A DNA stretch of 64,000 nucleotides, from positions 480,001 through 544,000 of the forward strand of contig OY761556.1 in assembly GCA_963664705.1 (NCBI GenBank). Direction: 5' to 3'. This stretch comes from Acidobacteriota bacterium (lineage in GTDB: Bacteria > Acidobacteriota > UBA6911). A program made the position numbers and the translations under genes. The notes under the pieces are model-generated. The model had not been told where the DNA came from and searched no databases. It saw only the letters and a program-made list of their open reading frames with translations. Shown one piece after another: positions 60,996 through 64,000 of the stretch. Every line of letters begins with the position of its first letter. Position 1 is the stretch's first letter.

Positions 60996-61448
60996 TTAAA
61001 TACTAATCTTGATTGTACGAGGCTTTACTTCGGCTTTCTGGGGGACTGCGATGCAAAGCACACCATTTTTATAATCCGCTTTGATATTGCTCAGATCCGT
61101 GGAATCCGGCAGCGTAAAGGAACGGGAGAAAGTGCCGTAAAAGCTTTCCTGCTGGTGGTAGGTAAAGCCGTTTCCGGCTTGAGACTTGCGTTCGCCATTG
61201 ATTGTCAGTACCTGCCCTTCGATCTTCAGTTCGATATCCTTCTCATTGAGTCCGGGAATCGAAATCATGAGCAGGAGATTGCCTTCTCTTTCCACGATGT
61301 CGACTGGAGGGGTCCATGTACTGCCGCGACGGTCCTCGAGAGAGTGCATCGCCCAGTCGTTAAAAAAATCCTCAAACAACCGGAATGGAGTCGCCGGGAA
61401 ATTCCTCGAAAGGCCGTTCGGCTCTGATCTCGCTATCTTGGGTGCCAT
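60996..61448 (-). CDS. Second Hsp20/alpha-crystallin protein
   Basis: W.PPVDI.E, IPG, LTI.GER, ESFYGTF.RSF.LPD, ADYKNGVL; SD AGGAGG. Confidence 0.93.
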   Translation of the reverse strand: MAPKIARSEPNGLSRNFPATPFRLFEDFFNDWAMHSLEDRRGSTWTPPVDIVEREGNLLLMISIPGLNEKDIELKIEGQVLTINGERKSQAGNGFTYHQQESFYGTFSRSFTLPDSTDLSNIKADYKNGVLCIAVPQKAEVKPRTIKISI

Positions 61449-61497
61449 TTTTTAACCTCCTAAAAACGGTTTTACTTGTTATGGCACCTAATTAAAA

Positions 61498-61518
61498 TCT
61501 CAGCGCATTCTTGTCAAA
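61498..61518 (-). promoter_or_regulatory. -35 TTGACA with degenerate HAIR-like geometry
   Basis: Plus strand TCTCAGC-N7-TGTCAAA; AT-rich -10 region 15-17 nt downstream on the minus strand. Confidence 0.4.
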
Positions 61519-61560
61519 TTTCAGATTCCCGATTTTAGACAACAAATTTGTTGTCCCCCC

Positions 61561-61590
61561 AAAAAACAAAGGAGGCCCTTTCGGGCCTCC
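61561..61590 (-). terminator. Rho-independent terminator of the OPT gene
   Basis: GGAGGCCC-GAAA-GGGCCTCC followed by TTTGTTTTTT on the minus strand. Confidence 0.85.
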
Positions 61591-61620
61591 GAGTTTTGAA
61601 ATCGCGAATCTTTGAATCTC

Positions 61621-63669
61621 TTACATAATCGCGGTGGGAGGGGCGGGTTCATCGGGTTTGCCGGCATTGGCCAGAGGTACACGAATCATGATTATGGCCA
61701 AGACCACAAACGCTATGATCATGCCGATCCAGTGCGGCGATTCCCATATCACAGGCATGGAACCGCGTATCCACACAATGGCTGCGACGATGAGGCCGCA
61801 GAGGGCCTCGCCCGCAATCATTCCCGAAGCGGTCAGGACGCCGGCATTTTCCACGCGCGCTTTCTGGGCTTCATTAAACCCGCGCTTGTCTCGCAGTTTG
61901 TCCGTAATCCAGCGAATGATGCCGCCCACGAAAATGGCAAATGTGGTTTCCAGTGGAAGGTACATGCCTACGGAAAACAGCATGGGGCTGCGCACCTTAA
62001 CCATTATCATGGCAAATCCCATCAGGATCCCCACAACGACCAGGGGCCAAGCCATGCTGCCTCCAACAATTCCCTGTGCGAGCATTGCCATGAGACCTGC
62101 CTGTGGGGCAGATAGTTGCGCGCTGCCAAAGTGGTAGGCTTTATCCAAAATCATGAGTGGGAAGAAAAGGACCAGCGATGCCACGATAATCCCGAAGATA
62201 TCGCCAATCTGCATTCTCGACGGTGTGCCGCCCAGGATATGGCCGACTTTTAGATCTTGCAGCATTTCGCCGGCCACCGCGGAAGATACACAGATGACGG
62301 CCGCAACTCCCAGGACGGCTGCTACGCCGCTGATGCCTGCCACTCCCAATGCGACCATCATGAGCGCGGCCACAACCAGCGTGCAGAGGGTAAGCCCTGA
62401 AACAGGGTTGTTGGAGGATCCGATCATGCCGACCAGATTTCCGGAGACTGCGGCAAAAAAGAATCCGAGAACTACCATGACAAGGGCTGCGACGACGGCT
62501 CCAATGATGACTCTGGAGCCTGTCAATGTGCCTGCGCCTGCAATAAAGAAGTAGTAGATGCCGATCATCGCAATGAACACGAGCGCTACGGCGAAGAAGA
62601 CGGTTTTGGCGCTCAGGTCCCGCTCTGTTCTATTTACTGCTTTGTGCGCATCGGCCGATTTTTTCAAATCGCTGATGGCACGCGCCATTCCGGCTCCAAG
62701 CTGAGCCCGCATCCGAAATAGGGTATACCCGGCGCCTACCAGCATGCCGCCGACAGCGATGGGTCGCACAATGGAAAAATAGACCGCCCCTGCCAAAGTC
62801 CCCCAATTCGCAGCTCCGCCGCTGGTTCCCTGTGCAGCGCCCTGCAACTGTGGGCCGAGAACATAAGTTAGCAGTGGGACCAGAAGTCCCCATGCAAGCA
62901 CTCCTCCCGCAAAATTCAAGGCAGCCAGACTGGGGCCGATGATGTATCCGACGCCAAAGTAAGCCGGGCTGATCGCGGGCGAGTTGAATGTGCTGACTCC
63001 GCCCGTTGAGAGCTGCGCCACGCTTGGAATCCGGCTTGTGCGAAGAAGCAGGCTCTTGCCGAGTGCTCCTATATTGACCGTGAAGGTCTTCATCGGTTCA
63101 AACACGTTCAATTGGGAGAGCGCGTAAATAAATGCGCCGAATCCCATATTGGCGAAAAGGATTTTGGCAGCGCCGGATCCCTGCTGCCCGGCTTTATGGA
63201 TCTCGGATGCGGCCACGGATTCCGGGAACGGGAGTTCCGGATCTTCTACCATGACGCGCCGGAGCAGAGTGACGAACAGAATTCCAAGCAAACCGCCGAT
63301 TACCATCAGTGCGACCGATTGCCAGTATTTCTCCATTCCAAGTCCCGGCCACAATCCGGCCAGCACGAATGCAGGAATGGTAAAAACCGCTCCGGCGGCG
63401 ACGGACTCGCCAATGGATCCGACGGTCCGGGCCATGTTTTCCTCCAGCAGCGATCCCTTCATCAGGCGAAGGAGCGACATGCTGATCACGGCTGCGGGGT
63501 ATGTGGCTGCGATCGTCATCCCGGCTTTCAAGCCAAGGTAAGCATTGGCAGCGCCAAGGACCCCGGTCATCAGAAGTCCGAGGATAACAGCCCGCATCGT
63601 GAATTCACTCATTTGGACATCGGGCGGAACATAAGGCCGAAACTTTGGTTTCGATTCAGCGCCTTGCAT
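61621..63669 (-). CDS. OPT-family oligopeptide transporter
   Basis: E.T.RA.ILG, N.YLGLK.G, L.FPE..AA, GSSNNPVSG, QDLK.G..LG.TP, APQA.LM, G.YLP, ASG.IAGE. Confidence 0.95.
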   Translation of the reverse strand: MQGAESKPKFRPYVPPDVQMSEFTMRAVILGLLMTGVLGAANAYLGLKAGMTIAATYPAAVISMSLLRLMKGSLLEENMARTVGSIGESVAAGAVFTIPAFVLAGLWPGLGMEKYWQSVALMVIGGLLGILFVTLLRRVMVEDPELPFPESVAASEIHKAGQQGSGAAKILFANMGFGAFIYALSQLNVFEPMKTFTVNIGALGKSLLLRTSRIPSVAQLSTGGVSTFNSPAISPAYFGVGYIIGPSLAALNFAGGVLAWGLLVPLLTYVLGPQLQGAAQGTSGGAANWGTLAGAVYFSIVRPIAVGGMLVGAGYTLFRMRAQLGAGMARAISDLKKSADAHKAVNRTERDLSAKTVFFAVALVFIAMIGIYYFFIAGAGTLTGSRVIIGAVVAALVMVVLGFFFAAVSGNLVGMIGSSNNPVSGLTLCTLVVAALMMVALGVAGISGVAAVLGVAAVICVSSAVAGEMLQDLKVGHILGGTPSRMQIGDIFGIIVASLVLFFPLMILDKAYHFGSAQLSAPQAGLMAMLAQGIVGGSMAWPLVVVGILMGFAMIMVKVRSPMLFSVGMYLPLETTFAIFVGGIIRWITDKLRDKRGFNEAQKARVENAGVLTASGMIAGEALCGLIVAAIVWIRGSMPVIWESPHWIGMIIAFVVLAIIMIRVPLANAGKPDEPAPPTAIM

Positions 63670-63690
63670 GCAAGAGCCTCCTGGGAAAGA

Positions 63691-63732
63691 AGATACAGGG
63701 TGCAGGATACAGGATGCGGGATCCAGGATGCA
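63691..63732. repeat. Six-unit heptamer tandem array
   Basis: AGATACA-GGGTGCA-GGATACA-GGATGCG-GGATCCA-GGATGCA. Confidence 0.8.
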
Positions 63733-63894
63733 AGCGTGTAGGTTTGTGCGAAGGCCTGTTTTTCCAAGTCCTGGGGCAGGGTTGGCTGCCTATCGCTCCA
63801 AAAAGCGGGGCCGGTTCCGGGTTTAACGAAACGGGAAACGCCGGACGGGAAACCTGTGATATTATGGATGTTTTTTCAGGGAGACATTTCGGCC

Positions 63895-64000
63895 GTGACA
63901 CTCGAGATAAAGAACACTCTCAATTTACCGAAGACATCCTTCAGCATGAAAGCCAATCTGCCGCAGCGCGAACCGGAAATGCTGCGACACTGGGATGAGA
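63895..64000 (+). CDS. ileS: Isoleucine-tRNA ligase, 5' fragment (runs off the window; not in the ORF track)
   Basis: GTG start translates as [35 protein letters not shown], the characteristic IleRS N-terminus; GGGAG upstream. Confidence 0.92.
   Translation, partial: MTLEIKNTLNLPKTSFSMKANLPQREPEMLRHWDE

Noticed and set aside
63691-63732. Heptamer arrays as CRISPR repeats
   Set aside because: Units are 7 nt and contiguous, with no spacers and no cas genes.

Overview
Gene-dense, mostly core-genome window from a bacterium of about 54% GC (visual estimate), most likely Acidobacteriota, inferred from the giant carboxypeptidase-regulatory-domain TonB-dependent receptor, the STAS/anti-sigma pair and the hpnI/hpnK genes. 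In order it holds: a DUF355-type protein, a LonC-type protease, moeA-moaC-FmdB, a radical SAM gene with a CX8CX2C motif, fpg fused in frame to a DnaJ-type zinc finger, coaX, a PAS-DHp protein without a kinase domain, ppiD, a FecR/Ig-like gene and a GAF-GGDEF cyclase coupled to mreBCD-mrdA-rodA, RNase E/G with a long leader and a ~200-aa S1 insert, mazG, an ArnT-like/GT2/DegT/flippase/hpnK/hpnI lipid-glycosylation region interrupted by the receptor and two AraC paralogues, pdxB, accD, ligA, rsbW/rsbV-like genes, pyrE-truA-uppS-cdsA-dxr-rseP, yebC-ruvC, a nuoF-HDAC-amrB operon, an ECF sigma/anti-sigma pair, a REP-like palindrome, an hsp20-hsp20-clpB-htpX-grpE block, an OPT transporter and the start of ileS. 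I saw no rRNA, tRNA, CRISPR array, transposase or prophage gene. The best candidates for undescribed biology are the radical SAM-Fpg-zinc finger unit, the c-di-GMP module at the head of the elongasome operon, the nuoF-HDAC-Memo operon and recurrent period-7 inverted arrays in the spacers. All calls come from motif recognition by eye; no searches were run.
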